From Octopus vulgaris (Eukaryota), in assembly GCA_951406725.2 (NCBI GenBank), contig OX597833.1, positions 43,028,001 to 43,092,000 on the forward strand: a stretch of 64,000 nt of DNA, in the 5' to 3' direction. How positions within the stretch are numbered: position 1 is the first letter of the stretch; the number at the start of each line of letters is the position of its first letter. This document shows positions 12,077 to 26,200 of this stretch, one piece after another. A program made the translations under genes and the position numbers. The notes under the pieces were generated by a model. The model did no database searches. It was not told where the DNA came from and was given only the letters and a program-made list of their open reading frames with translations.

Positions 12077-13780
12077 TAAATATAGTCACTACAGTTAGGA
12101 AGTCACTAAGCAGGAAATCTCGACTTGCATAAACAACGAGTTGCTGACAGCTAATCCAGTTCATTTTTGATATGCTAAAGAAAGTGTGCTTGATACTTAA
12201 ATTGTACTATAGACTAAGTCTATTATAGTACATACAGTTAACGTACCCGATAAATTATTGATATGCTGCATGTATATCTGACACACCGTTAAATTTATAC
12301 ACCATGGACAGAAAAAAATTGGGTTGGCCCAATTCTTTTTTATGTCCTGCTTGGGACACGCTGACTCTATTTAAGACAACATAATCAAATGTATCATTCT
12401 GTTTTTAAGACAGTAGCGTGTGATTTGAGGGAGATTTTACTTGGAATTTCTGGGGTCAAGCGACATCACAGAAGCTTCTTCCTCGCTCATTACTGCTGCT
12501 GTTTTCTTTGTTGTTGGTGGTGGATTTGTTTAATCCCACCTCAACTCTGATTAAGTACACCTATAACCAAAAGCCTTCTTACTGTGACAGTCCTTTAAAG
12601 AAATAACATCATGTGTTTACTACTATACATTTTTAGTGCAATCGTCCATATAATCTTTGTTAATTTGTTAATCCCTTTTACAGTCGTTGTTTAGCAGAGT
12701 GGTTATAACCTGAAGTCTGTAGTTGTTTAGTGTTTATATCCGGGAGTTTAGTGTTTATATAGTCGTTAGCAGAGTGCTTATATCCGGAATCCTCAACATG
12801 TCTTCTAAGATTATGGATTTGCACCAGGAAAGTTCGCCCCCAAGTCGAAGCCCTAGGCGGTACTTGTATTTTTAAAGACTGGCCTAATGTATGTCTCCAC
12901 TTTTGGTATCGTTGTCCAAGGTAAGGTAAACCAGACACAGTTTCGCAAGGAGCCGAAACAGATATCACAAGACATCACCTCCAACGCCCTAAGGGTTTCC
13001 AGAATCAACCGCCTTCGAGTGATTCTTGTTTATCGTCTCAGAAGGAATGAAACGGTAAAGTTAACTCATGCCTGTCGTTAAGGTGGTGTGGGGCACTAGA
13101 TACCACTGGACCCTCACTATTCAATGGTGCAACCTCAGATTTTGAAAATACAATTTACAAAAGTCTTCCCACAATACAAATTAGTGCCTACCAAGAATAT
13201 TCTGAAACACCCGCAGGCACCAAAATCTGGAGACGGGTCTGAGTTAGCTTCGATTTGAACTCAGAGTGCAGAGCATTGTATTGGACGCTTTAACGACTCT
13301 GCCATATTACAGCCTTAGAGTTTATCTTAGGATCATTGATTAAACGAATGTAACCATATTGGGATCACGAGGTCACTGAGCCAAATAGAAGTATCAGTCA
13401 AGTCTTCTTCAAAGACCCCATCTAGCAGGCCCGACGATTATATAGTGTTTACGTAGTTAGTCACCCTGGTAAAAATAGTAGCTATATTTCCTTTATGTAT
13501 GCCTTACGGTCTTGTAAAACAAAAGGTACATTATATAATGTAGTCCTTGGTATACAATGACATAAGAAAGCGGGAATATTGTTGATATATGGGCATGTCT
13601 ATGGATCAGAAGTGGTCTTAGGTTAAACAAAAACAAAAAGGAAACAATAAAAACGAAAGCAACAAAGAGAATGGACACATTGGGTAATGTAACCTAGATA
13701 CACTATCTCTGAAAATGATGTTGCTGTGCTCCTGGCTGATTTTTAGATCTGAATCGGAACTGCTTATCATCTGCATCATG

Positions 13781-14340
13781 AACAACAACAACAACAACAA
13801 CAACAACAAAGACGACGACGAAGACAACAACAACAACAGCAAGAAGAAGAACAACAACAACAGCAACGACAACAACAAATAACAACAACAACAGCAACAA
13901 CAACAACAACAACAACAACAACGACGACGACGACGACGAAGACAACAACAACAACAGCAAGAAGAACAACAACAACAACGACAACAACAAATAACAACAA
14001 CAACAACAACAACAACAACGACGACGACGACGAAGACAACAACAACAACAGCAAGAAGAAGAACAACAACAGCAACGACAACAAGAAATAGCAACAACAA
14101 CAGCAACAACAACAACAACAACAACAACGACGACGACGACGAATACAACAACAACAACAACAGCAAGAAGAACAACAACAACAGCAACGACAACAACAAA
14201 TAACAACAACAGCAACAAACACAACAACAACGACGACGACGACGAAGACAACAACAACAACAGCAAGAAGAAGAACAACAACAGCAACGACAACAACAAA
14301 TAACAACAACAACAGCAACAAAAACAACAACAACCAGACA
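13781..14340 (+). repeat. Higher-order tandem repeat built from (AAC)n/(GAC)n/(AAG)n blocks
   Basis: Unit (aac)n-(gac)n-gaagac-(aac)n-agcaagaagaa..gcaacgacaacaacaaata of roughly 100-120 bp repeated about 5 times. Confidence 0.9.
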
Positions 14341-14819
14341 AACGTACGAACAACGACATCAACAACCGAGTACAGTGAAAGCTTAAAGAGTATGTGAAGA
14401 AGAATGGCGGGAGTGTGTATTTCCGGTTTAACATCAACTAATGAGTATGCGATAAAATCAGTATGATGTCAAACTATGAAGGGTAAAATCGTCTCACCCA
14501 TCCCCCCCCACCACCACCTTTCTCCCTATGTCAATATTTATATTTTACTTATTATATTTTTCTTAATTGCTTCTGTGTTCTTCAGTATCTCGTTATCTAC
14601 CTTATGAACGATAAAGAAGGTCGCCAGAGCCGTGTATGCAAGTGTTACTGTGCACATATGAATGTATCGCTCTTTCTTCCCCACCTCTCTCTCTCTCTCT
14701 CTCTAGAAATATGTATGTATGCATGTTTGTATAAATATATGTATGCATATGCACATATAAACGCACATACATGCACTAACGTATACATACATATACATTA
14801 ATATGCATATGTATACATA

Positions 14820-15002
14820 TGATAGATCGTTAGCTCCTACACGCATTTTTTTCTCTCCTTGTTTTTTCTGTGTACCTTTCCGTCGAAGAGCGTGGGCTCG
14901 AAACGTAAAAGACTTTTTCTATTTCTATTCCTGAGCGCCATACTAATACATTTGTTTGTTTGTACTCCACCTGCCTTCGTCTTTTGTTAATTTTCGTAAA
15001 CC
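14820..15002 (+). mobile_element. PLE-like terminal repeat with HHR-like motif at 14876-14911
   Basis: CUUU-CCGUCGA-AGAGC-GUGG-GCUC-GAAAC-GUA^AAAG; second copy inverted at 17335-17520. Confidence 0.65.
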
Positions 15003-15180
15003 ATCACTTGACAACCGATGCTGGTGTGTTTACTCCGTAACTTAGCGGTTCGGCAAAAGAGACCGATAGTATAAGTACTAGGCTTACAAAGAATAAGTCC
15101 TGGCGTCAATTTGCTCGACTAAAGGCGGTGCTTCAGCATGGCCGCAGTCAAATGACTGAAACAAATAAAAGAAAAAAGAA
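15003..15180 (+). mobile_element. SINE family B 3' half
   Basis: cttgacaaccgatgctggtg..cagcatggccgcagtcaaatgactgaaac. Confidence 0.9.
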
Positions 15181-15380
15181 TAAACGATGGCATATATTTT
15201 TTCAATAGGTTATTTATACACAAGTACCCTATTAAAAATATACCGTACCCTACTTTTTGAGATATCGAATACTACTCCTTTTGCATTTAAACTTTCTTCG
15301 CACGTCTGTATATATATGTATGTATTCATATATGAATGCACATCTATGTATGCACGTATGCATGTTTATGTATGTATGTA

Positions 15381-15481
<101 letters not shown>

Positions 15482-15672
15482 ATCTATGCGTATATATATA
15501 TAAATACACATAGAAATGCATACATACATATATAAATGAGTGTATATATATATATATATATAAGAAATAATACATTTCTAAATATCTCAGAGATATTTAT
15601 GCAGTAGTGGTACGATAAAGTAGTGAGATACTGTCAACTTAATGTGACAGTATACAACTACTTTAGATATAA

Positions 15673-15705
<33 letters not shown>

Positions 15706-17334
15706 TGTATGTATGTATGTATGTATGTATGTATGTATGTATGTATGTATGTATGTGTGTATGTATATATAGACATATATGTATATATATATATGCATAT
15801 ATATATATATGTATATGTATATATGCAGTATACATATATATATTATGAACACATATGTTGTTGGGTCTTAGCTTTTCTAGCCTTGTAGTAGCTTGTTGCC
15901 CATTACACATGCATATAGATGGATATAAATACATAAATACATAGACAGGCACACTTTTAGCTCGTGTCTGCGTATTCGTATATGCATAGGTGAGTTATTA
16001 GCCTCTGCACGTATATATCTGTGTGTAGCAGTGTGTATATGTGTGCTTGTGTAGGTGCATATATCTGTCTGTTTGAATCTGTTGGATCGACTGTGAAGTA
16101 GCCTGCTTTGCAGGAGTGTACGTTACATGTGCAGCAAGCTTCACTAACTCCGTAAACAAGGTTGATATAACTTTCGTAATTTCATGTTGCTGTGGAAATT
16201 CATGGAAATGCAGTGGTTGGTTTCACAATCTGCAAGAGTCGCTTCGTTTATTCTAATGTTACATAATTCCAAGCAATGTATGGAACCAAACACTCGAGTA
16301 ATACCAAACCACATACTTGAACTAATTGTTAGCTATAATTCATAATTACATCTTTGTCAAGAAATTTTGTAAACCTAATTAGAATAATTTATTCTAACCG
16401 ATGTTTTTGATAAACTTTAAATGAGTTTGAGCAACAATTATTCGTTGTGTCTTCGTACCCAGAGTGAATAAATTCTGAAGAAAGAAAGAAAAAACAAAAT
16501 AAACAGTGAAAGAAAGCGGATTTAATACAAAAATAAATGAACCAAAAGAAGTAACCAAAGATCTCTGCCAATTGAACAAGGCATTGAATTACATGCCCAC
16601 GCGCACACACACGCGCATATATGTACACACAAACACACACACACACTCACACATAAGCACATGCACAAAAACACTGACACGCACATGTATACATATACAC
16701 TTCCAGAGATAGATTCCCAGATGCACATATGCAGACATAAAGACATACACAAACATACATATATATATACACACCTATATACATACACACGCACACATAC
16801 ACGTACAACGTGTGTCAAAATTGTGATGATTGGTTGGTCGACAACTGATGAAAGGATTCAAGTTTTTGAGTGCGTTTGTATCGTGTTTCGCTTTTCTCAT
16901 CCTACACAGTTAAATGTTAGATGTTTCAAAATACATAAAAACAGACAAACAATGGTTGAATGAAGAACTCAATGCATGTGCAATGCTAAATTTTGGAGAA
17001 AAATTTTACTGATGAGGGCTTATTTAAACTGAAAGATAAAAACCATGAATAGGGTTAAAGTTTCTTTCGCTGCTTTGAAAGGGTGGGTTGCGATTAATCA
17101 CCATGAGAAGGATTAAACTGCTTTGGTCAGGATTTGAATTAGGGTAGAGATGTGGATAGTGGTCGGGAGAAGTAGTTAATACTGAAATAGGATATTGAGT
17201 GGTCACAGTAGAAGGGTGGGATTAAGTGACAGGTGCTTAAAAGGGTACAATTACAATTTCTAATCAGTTTCGTATTCGAAAGAAGGAAACCTACGGGTAT
17301 ATTCCTACATATATACATAGCTACAAGCATGGGG

Positions 17335-17520
17335 AGAGTTTACGAAAAAAAAAAACAAAAGACGAAGACAGGTGGTGTAGAAAAGAAACAGATGTATTAG
17401 TATAACGTTCAAGAATAGAAAAAGTCTTTTACGTTTCGAGCCTACGCTCTTCCACAGAAAGGATCACACAGAAAACAAGGAGAGAAAAAAATGTGTTTAT
17501 GTGGCTAACGATCTATCATG
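17335..17520 (-). mobile_element. PLE-like terminal repeat, same family as 14820-15002; HHR-like motif at 17426-17461
   Basis: Minus strand CUUU-CUGUGGA-AGAGC-GUAG-GCUC-GAAAC-GUA^AAAG. Confidence 0.65.
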
Positions 17521-17552
17521 TCGTCTGACTCGGACAGAAGGGTCGTGTACAC

Positions 17553-17597
<45 letters not shown>

Positions 17598-17728
17598 AAG
17601 AGGGAGAGGGGGAGAGAGATGTATATCTATATACACATACATACACAGACATATATTTATTTCATAAGTGACTCTTAAAGGTCTAGTTTAGTTATATGCA
17701 TTTATGCATACAAGCGTACATGCATACT

Positions 17729-17781
<53 letters not shown>

Positions 17782-18112
17782 ACGCACACACAAATACCAA
17801 TCACAACACAGCTGGAAACTGAAATTGATGTCAACATTAGAACGCCACACATTATCTTTATGTTACTGTTGTGCGAAAAAATGAAGCGAGAAGATCCCCT
17901 ACTAGATCCTTCCCGAGTCATTAGCAGAGATCTGGCGCTATCTAAATTAGACATAAATTAGACCATTACCGCATGTATAGTATAATTAGTATATATGTGC
18001 TTTTGGTAGTTCGTTATTATTTAAACATTATCTATGTTATATCCAACACAGCGTAACTGAGAAAAATATATGAAATTATGACAAAACCTAACTATGGAAG
18101 AAATATGTACGC

Positions 18113-18772
18113 AAACTCAGAACGTAAAGACAGACGAAATATCGCTAAGCATATCACCCGGCATACTAAAGTTTCTTATTTCTTTACTGCCCACAAGGGG
18201 CCACACAGAGGGGAAAACAATGACAGACAAATGGATTAAGTCGATTACATAGATACCAGTGCGCAACTGGTACTTAATTTATCAACCCCGAAAGGATGAA
18301 AGGCAAAGTCGACCTCGGCGGAATTTGAACTTAGAACGTAGTGGCAGACGAAATACCTATTTCTCTACTGCCCACAAGAGGCTACACAGAGAGGCGACAA
18401 ACAAGGACAGACAAACGGATTAAGTCGATTATATCGACCCCAGTGCGTAACTGGTACTTATTTAATCGACCCCAAAAGGATGAAAGGCAAAGTCGACCTC
18501 GGCGGAATTTGAAGTCAGAATGTAAAGACAGGCGAAATACCTATTTCTTTACTACCCACAAGGGGCTAAACACAAAGAGGACAAACAAGGACAGACAAAC
18601 GGTTTAAGTCGATTATATCGACCCCAGTGCGTAACTGGTACTTATTTAATCGATCCCGAAAGGATGAAAGGCAAAGTCGACCTCGGCGGAATTTGAACTC
18701 AGAACGTAGCGGTAGACGAAATACGGCTACGCATTTCGCCCGGCGTGCTATCATTTCTGCCAGCTCGCCGCC
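18113..18772 (-). mobile_element. SINE family A multimer (three ~180-bp units plus a partial fourth)
   Basis: Repeated ggatgaaaggcaaagtcgacctcggcggaatttgaa blocks at about 180-bp spacing; complete head only at 18772. Confidence 0.9.
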
Positions 18773-19080
18773 TTTTGACATCGAATAATTGTAACGTTGT
18801 TCATCTTCCATGTGTTTTTCTTCTAGCATTCTTTACCAGCGTCTCTTGTTTAAACGTTATCTGCTCAAAAGGCAAATAAGAAACGGTCTTGTTTTCAGCT
18901 TGGTAAATGTCAGAATAAATTATTATTTCGACCAGCAAAATTTGTGGTTTTTTATCATAAAATTATATAAATTTATACTCCCCACCCCCAATACACACAC
19001 ATTGAGAGATAAATAGATATAGATATATATATACTAATGTGGATGGATAGACGTAATCTCCACTCCAGATACTGCAAGTT

Positions 19081-19280
19081 ACTCTTTTCCTCTTTTACTT
19101 GTTTCAGTCATTTGACTGTGGCCATGCTGGAGCATAGCCTTTAGTCGAGCAAATCGACCCCAGGACTTCTTTTTGTAAGCCTTGTACTTATTCTATCGGT
19201 CTCTTTTGCTGAACCGCTAAGTTACGGGGACGTAAACACACCAGCATCGGTTGTCAAGCGATGTGGGGGGGGGGACACAG

Positions 19281-19311
<31 letters not shown>

Positions 19312-19474
19312 CGACGGGCTTCTTTCAGTTTCCGTCTACCAAATCCGCTCACAAGGTTTTGGTCGGCCCGAGGCTATAGTAGAAGACACTTGCCCAAGGT
19401 GCCACGCAGTGGGACTGAACCCAGAACCATGTGGCTGGCAAGCAAGCTACTTACCACACAGCTACTCCTGCGCC
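19081..19474 (-). mobile_element. tRNA-derived SINE family B (CORE/V-like domain, internal TA/CA microsatellite), full length
   Basis: Head ggcgcaggagtagctgtgtggtaag, B-box-like ggttcagtccc, ccttgggcaagt core, gtaaaaga-type tail. Confidence 0.92.
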
Positions 19475-19828
19475 TATGAATTTATTCATACATTATTATT
19501 GCCATCTGAAAATAGGGTCGAAACTGCTAGCTTCTGAGATAATGAACTCATGTGCAGGATGGTCCAAAATCGATGTGTTGCTGTTCTTCAGAAAGCTTTA
19601 ATTCGATTTTATCAAACAGGTGGATGCAAAGTATTTTGGCAGATAAAGCACACCCAGTGCCATAATTCCTCATCCTCAGTTACACTTAGCATTGCCAAGA
19701 AGCACCGTTGCCAGCAATAGTAGAATGAAGAGATAAAACAATACGCTGCACCAAGGACGCAAACGCTGTTTCATTGAGAAAATTCTGCATACTTCATTCA
19801 TTACTTCATTAACTGCTACCTACTTACC

Positions 19829-19897
<69 letters not shown>

Positions 19898-20049
19898 ATG
19901 CCTCTATTATATATATATGTATATATATTTATGTATATATGTGTATATATATATATTTATGTATGTATATGTGCATATATGTATATATATATGTATATAT
20001 TATATATGTATATATATGTATATATATATGTATATATTATATATGTATA

Positions 20050-20090
<41 letters not shown>

Positions 20091-20095
20091 GTGTG

Positions 20096-20133
<38 letters not shown>

Positions 20134-20247
20134 TTTATTTATATATATATATATACATAGATGTGTGTGTGCGTGCGTGTGTGTGTATGTATATGCATGT
20201 ATGTATATATATACATATATATATTTGTATGTATATGTATATCAATG

Positions 20248-20285
<38 letters not shown>

Positions 20286-20388
20286 TATATATTTATATAT
20301 ATATATAATTCATAGTGAATAGTGAAGTCTATCTATATATATCTATCTATCTACATACTATATATATACACACACGAACACACACACA

Positions 20389-20437
<49 letters not shown>

Positions 20438-20764
20438 TTATATATATATATATATGTACGAATGTATGTATGTGCGTATGTATATTCATAATGAAGCCTT
20501 GTGAAATAACAAATGCTTGTTATGTAAACTATGTCATGCCAGAGAGTATATCAAACAGTTTAATCTTTATAAGATAGAATTTCTAGCATTCTTGAATAAA
20601 TTTATGGGGTTATATCCAAATATCGAAGTCTGAAGATAGTTGGCTTATATTCATTGTAGTCGCCATGAAGGAAGAAAATTACATAACACATAGCGTATTA
20701 CGTAAATTTATTTTTATGTGAGTTTGAAAATATCTGTAGTTTCCATAAAATTTTCGTGTCGTAT

Positions 20765-21042
20765 ACACTCATATACATCCATATTCAGCTGATCTCACAC
20801 CTTCGGATTTCGGTCTATTCAAAATTCATTGAATGGACAGACCTTCAACCCTGAAGAGGACGTATAAATTCGCCTCGAAGAGATTTTCACTTGTAAAGAC
20901 AGGAAATTCTTTGAGCATGGAATAATGGATCTGCCCACAAGGTGGAAGAAGATACCGGAACGAAACGGTGATTATGTCATTGTTTGAATAAATCACTTTG
21001 TCTCTTATTTTCGCTTAGAAAACTGATAAAAATTTTGCTCGA

Positions 21043-21045
<3 letters not shown>
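20765..21045 (+). mobile_element. Degenerate mariner 3' fragment
   Basis: Translates to ..PSDF..SLNGQTF..DRKFFEHGIMDLPTRWKKI..NGDYVI, typical of a mariner transposase C-terminus. Confidence 0.7.
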
Positions 21046-21095
<50 letters not shown>

Positions 21096-21100
<5 letters not shown>

Positions 21101-22310
21101 TTGGACAAAATAATGGAAACACTTACCATAATTTTGAGATATCTCTAAAATCGTCAAAAGCTGTTTATTTTTATTGTTTTAATTTATTATTAGTGTTGCT
21201 TAAGATGTTTGTCTAAAATTGCTGTTTCTTTTCAGATATCAGAAAAAGGTAATTAAAATTCATTAAAATGGGAGATCTATCGGACTTTGAAAGAGGTCAA
21301 ATTCTTGGTGCTCGTATGGCAGGCCCTAGCGTAACGAAAACAGCCGAAGTGTTTGGTGTATCAAGAAGTACTATCTCGAAAGTAATGACAACCTTTTGAG
21401 AAAGAGAGAAAAACCTCCTCGTTGAAACAAAACTCAAAAAGAAAAACAAAATTTTCAGATAGGGACCGTCAGACTCTTACACGAATTGTTAGAAAGAATC
21501 ACAAAAGTACAGCTCCCAAAACTACTGCAGAGCTCAATGACCACCTCGGGAACCCAGTTTCCTCAAAAACTGTTCACCAGGAGTTGCACAAGGCCGTATT
21601 TCACGGGAGGCTGCAATCAAAAACCACTACTTTCAAAAACAAACGTTGCAAAACATTTCGAGTGCAATAAAAACCTACAGAATTGGTCCCTAGAGAAGTG
21701 AAAGAATGTTATTTCCTTGGATGAGTTATCCGTTACCTTATTTCCGACCACTGGCCGAGTATACGTGTGGAGACAGCCAATAGAAGCATTTGACCCAGAC
21801 TGCCTTCTTCCAACTGTTAAACATGGAGGAGGATCTTTGATGATCGGGAGGGGGCGCTATATCTTGGAAATGCGCTTGCCCAATGGTTTCCGTTCATGGC
21901 AGAATTAATAGTCAAGACTATTTAAGCATTTTATCTGATCAAATTCATTCTATGTTATCAGGATGATAATGCACCAATTTACACAGCTAAAGTTGTTACT
22001 GAATGGCACGAGGAACATTCTAGTGAAATTGAACATCTTATCTGGCCACCACAGTCCCCAAATTCCAATATTATTGAACATTTATGGTGCATTTTACAAA
22101 AACAAGTGAGGAGTCGATATCCTCCACCACCATCACTACAAGAAATGGAGACTGTTTTAGCTGAAGAATGGTGAAAAATTCCTTTGGAAACAATTCAAAC
22201 TTTGTTCGAGTCCATACCTCGTAGAATTCAAGCTGTAATTACTGCTAAAGTCGGTCCTACCCATATTAAAATAAATTTGTTTGTATTTCCATTATTTTTT
22301 CCAACCCCTG
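21096..22310 (+). mobile_element. Tc1-like DNA transposon, near full length
   Basis: TIRs tagtgttggacaaaataatggaaacac / gtatttccattattttttccaacccctg in TA context; internal transposase remnants. Confidence 0.92.
21268..22269 (+). pseudogene. Tc1 transposase pseudogene (frameshifts and stops)
   Basis: MGDLSDFERGQILGARMAG.., DE motif, PTVKHGGGS, QDDNAP, WPPQSP, IEHLW. Confidence 0.9.
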
Positions 22311-22378
22311 TATGTATGTATGTATGTATGTATGTATGTATGTATGTATGTATGTATGTATGTATGTATGTATACATT

Positions 22379-22998
<620 letters not shown>

Positions 22999-23048
22999 AA
23001 CGTATTTTCTTTTACCCGAAGCCAGTGACTTTTCAGCACCCCTTCGTA
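22999..23048 (+). mobile_element. Mariner-type TIR fragment
   Basis: ..gacttttcagcaccccttcg-ta resembles a mariner terminal repeat. Confidence 0.5.
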
Positions 23049-23177
23049 TATCCATATTTATATACATATATGTGTCTGTGTGCGCGAGTGCATACATGCA
23101 TGCATGTATGTATGTATGTATGTATGTATGTATGTATGTATGTATGTATGTATGTATGTATGTATGTGTGTATGTAT

Positions 23178-23332
23178 GAGTGGCTGCGTGGTAAGTAGCT
23201 TGCTTACCAATCATATGGTTCCGGGTTCAGTCCCACTGCGTGGTGACTTGGGCAAGTGTCTTCTACTATAGCTTCGGGCCGACCAAAGCCTTGTGAGTGG
23301 GTTTGGTAGAAGGAAACTGAAAGAAGCCCGTC

Positions 23333-23412
<80 letters not shown>

Positions 23413-23630
23413 GAGTGTGTGTGTGTTTATGTGTTTGTGTTTGTCCCCCCCCCCCAACATCGCTTGACAACCGATGGTGGTGAGTTTACGTCCCCGTAAC
23501 TTAGCGATTCGGCAAAAGAGGCAAAAGAGGCCTACAAAAAATAAGTCCTGGGGTCGATTTGCTCGACTAAAGGCGGTGCTCCAGCATGGCCACAGTCAAA
23601 TGACTGAAACAAGTAAAAGAGTAAAAGAGT
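23178..23630 (+). mobile_element. SINE family B with expanded internal (TA)n
   Basis: Matches the 19081-19474 and 44407-44813 copies. Confidence 0.92.
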
Positions 23631-24431
23631 ATGTATGTATGTATGTATGTATGTATGGATGGATGGATGGATGGATGGATGGATGGATGGATATCCATAA
23701 ACATATTCAGAAGGAATACTGAAGTGATTGCCCAATAGAAAATGATTGCAAATTATGAGGTGAGTTAAACAAGAAGTAAAACGAAAAGGAGCAACAGTTC
23801 AAAAGTGATGTGAAGAAAAAAACAAGCGGCGATGTTGCAGACATTTTGTCCTTTATCAGTGTAGTATTGCCGACAAGAAGAGAATAAAAAGAACATATCT
23901 GTAGAACAGAAAGCCTATTTTTAAAAGAACCATCTTGTTAGCCATGGCAGAAGGAAATCGGGCAAATTGTATGCTTTTTGGCAGGATATAAATATGCTGT
24001 GGATGAGTTAATGTCAGCCATCTGCAAAAAGAATTAAGTGAATGAGTAGAGGGGGTGTTACTTGCGTATGAAAGAAGGCTATCTGTGAATGGGGAGTGGT
24101 ATTTGGTAGTGATATTGACATAACAGATGCAAGTGTGCACGTGTATGATATTGATATATCACATCTGCTTGGTTGAGCGGATGTAAGAATGAGGGAGTGT
24201 TGGTAGAGACAACTTTGTTTTGGTGTAAACAAGTCGTTGTGCTAAGCTGAGTGCGAGACAGATTGTGCGAATGTACATGTTTGTGTGTGCGCTCTTGTGT
24301 GTATGATGGGTTGGAGGTGGTTATAAAAAACTATTCGATTATTCAGTTCTACATTTAAGAGATGAGGAATTATGTGCATTATTTACATTATTTACATTGA
24401 ACGGATATTTGTCCTCATCTTGTTTGTTGTT

Positions 24432-24477
24432 AACACAACGTTTCGGCTGATATACCCTCCAGCCTTCTTCAGGTGCC
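24432..24477 (-). ncRNA. Minimal type-I hammerhead ribozyme motif
   Basis: GGCAC-CUGAAGA-A-GGCUG-(10 nt)-CAGCC-GAAAC-GUU^GUGUU; 5-bp helix I, 5-bp helix II, loopless palindromic helix III AACGUU. Confidence 0.8.
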
Positions 24478-24550
24478 TTGGTTCTCATTCTTAATGCATT
24501 TTTCGATGTTGTTGTTGTTGTTGTTGTTATTATTATTATTATTATTATTT

Positions 24551-24612
24551 GGAATCGAACTCGGAATCTTGGGGTTAGTAGCCCACGCTCTTAACCACTA
24601 TGCCATATGCCC
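24551..24612 (-). promoter_or_regulatory. tRNA-like Pol III internal promoter cassette inside the PLE 3' region
   Basis: A box TGGCATAGTGG, anticodon-like arm GGG-CTACTAA-CCC, B box GAGTTCGATTCC; no 3' acceptor strand. Confidence 0.7.
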
Positions 24613-24642
24613 ATGGGCAATTTATGGAGTGAATTTTGGGGC

Positions 24643-24790
24643 TTATAAATCTAATATTTTTCTATCCTTCCTTAATACCGGTTCCCATATGCTGCTCATA
24701 TCTGCACTGGGTCTGCTTAGGAGGTTGTTGTGTCTTTGCATATGTGCTGCTTATTTTAGTTTTCGTATTTTCCAGTGGTGTTCTCTAATA
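24643..24790 (-). pseudogene. C-terminus of a PLE GIY-YIG endonuclease (one in-frame stop)
   Basis: Hand translation REHHWKIRKLK*AAHMQRHNNLLSRPSADMSSIWEPVLRKDRKILDL* fits the R-x-x-K-E-A..N..W-x-P-x-L pattern of Penelope/Poseidon EN domains. Confidence 0.7.
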
Positions 24791-25179
24791 CAGCGTCATA
24801 ATATCGGGTACCGCGCCCCGGAATGTCAGTTTTCTGGAATTCCATCTGTGTCCAGGTTTTCTCTATGCATGTCAATTTAAAGGATATTTAAACTGAGCAT
24901 TCATCGCATGAATCTCACTAAAAGACTAAAAGACTTGCTTTTGACTAAAATAAAACATAACAACCTACATATACGAACATATTACACAGATGCACTTAAA
25001 CGCACACTTACAGTTAATCACAAAACAAAATAGTTTTATCCACACGCATGAACACATAGAAATATAGACCCAGCCACAGAATCCTGCTTGTTTTCACATG
25101 GACACTTGCATATATACGCACTTACTTATTGCCTTCTGTCAATGAAGGACATCATGTTTGACTCTACTACATATACAAA

Positions 25180-25775
25180 CGCCGCCACCACAACCACCAC
25201 CCACCTCTGCCGGTCGTCGCCACCACCACCGGTCGTCGCCACCATCGCCACGGTGATAATCTCCACGTTCGTTATCGCAGCCACTACCACGACCGTCACC
25301 AGCAGCAACAGCACCGCCACCACCACCGTAACCTCTACCTCTGCCATCATCATTATCACCACCACCACTACTACCACATCACCACCACCACCGTAACCTC
25401 TATCTCTGCCATCATCATTATCACCACCACCACTAACACTACCACTACCACTACCACCACCACACACCATCATAACTAGCCACATCATCTCAACCATCAT
25501 CCAAATTCACCTTCTTGCTATCACCTCAACCACCAACACCTCGCGACTACAACCTGTCCACGAGGAACCCTCAGTACTAGAAATAGCAGCCAAATTCCAT
25601 GAAATATTTGCATTTTTTAGACAACAGACACATTGGGAAATCTATAATCAAACGCTGGAATACCTTTGATTATAGACCTACCCAATCAAACAAACCTTGG
25701 GCTAAACAAGAACTACAGCTATATGCTACCATTAGAACAACTGCCGGCACCGGTGCCACCACCGCTACCCCCACC

Positions 25776-25809
<34 letters not shown>

Positions 25810-26200
25810 CCACCACCACTACTACTACTAACGCCGCCACCACCACAAAAGCCTCCACAACCACGAATATTACCACCTGTTACTATTACTACTGCTATTA
25901 ACGCCACCACTACCATCACTACCACCACCACCACCACCACCACACTACCACCATCACCACCACTACTACCACCACCCCCAGCACTACCTCCACTACCACT
26001 ACCACCACTCCTACCACCATCACCATCAACATCACCAGCTCAAACATGACTACTAGTACTACTATTGCCAACACAACAATCAATCCACCACCACCACAAC
26101 TAAGAGCTACTATGTATACAACTACCACCACACCCACAACCACTACTACCCCGACAACACCACACCATCCAGCACCACACCAGCACCACACCATCACCAA
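25180..26200. repeat. (ACC)/(ACT)-rich low-complexity region
   Basis: Degenerate trinucleotide runs. Confidence 0.85.

Larger units (their letters stand above)
24345..24790 (-). mobile_element. Penelope-like retroelement 3' end (ORF end, tRNA-like cassette, microsatellite, HHR)
   Basis: GIY-YIG-like C-terminal peptide followed by an A/B-box cassette, (AAT)n(AAC)n and a hammerhead. Confidence 0.8.

Noticed and set aside
17009-17036. CTGATGAG..CTGAAAG as another hammerhead
   Set aside because: No convincing helix II or helix I pairing.
23850-24240. Possible decayed LINE RT C-terminus on the minus strand
   Set aside because: Only short motif-like fragments (HIYIL, LFYRY); too degenerate to support without a search.
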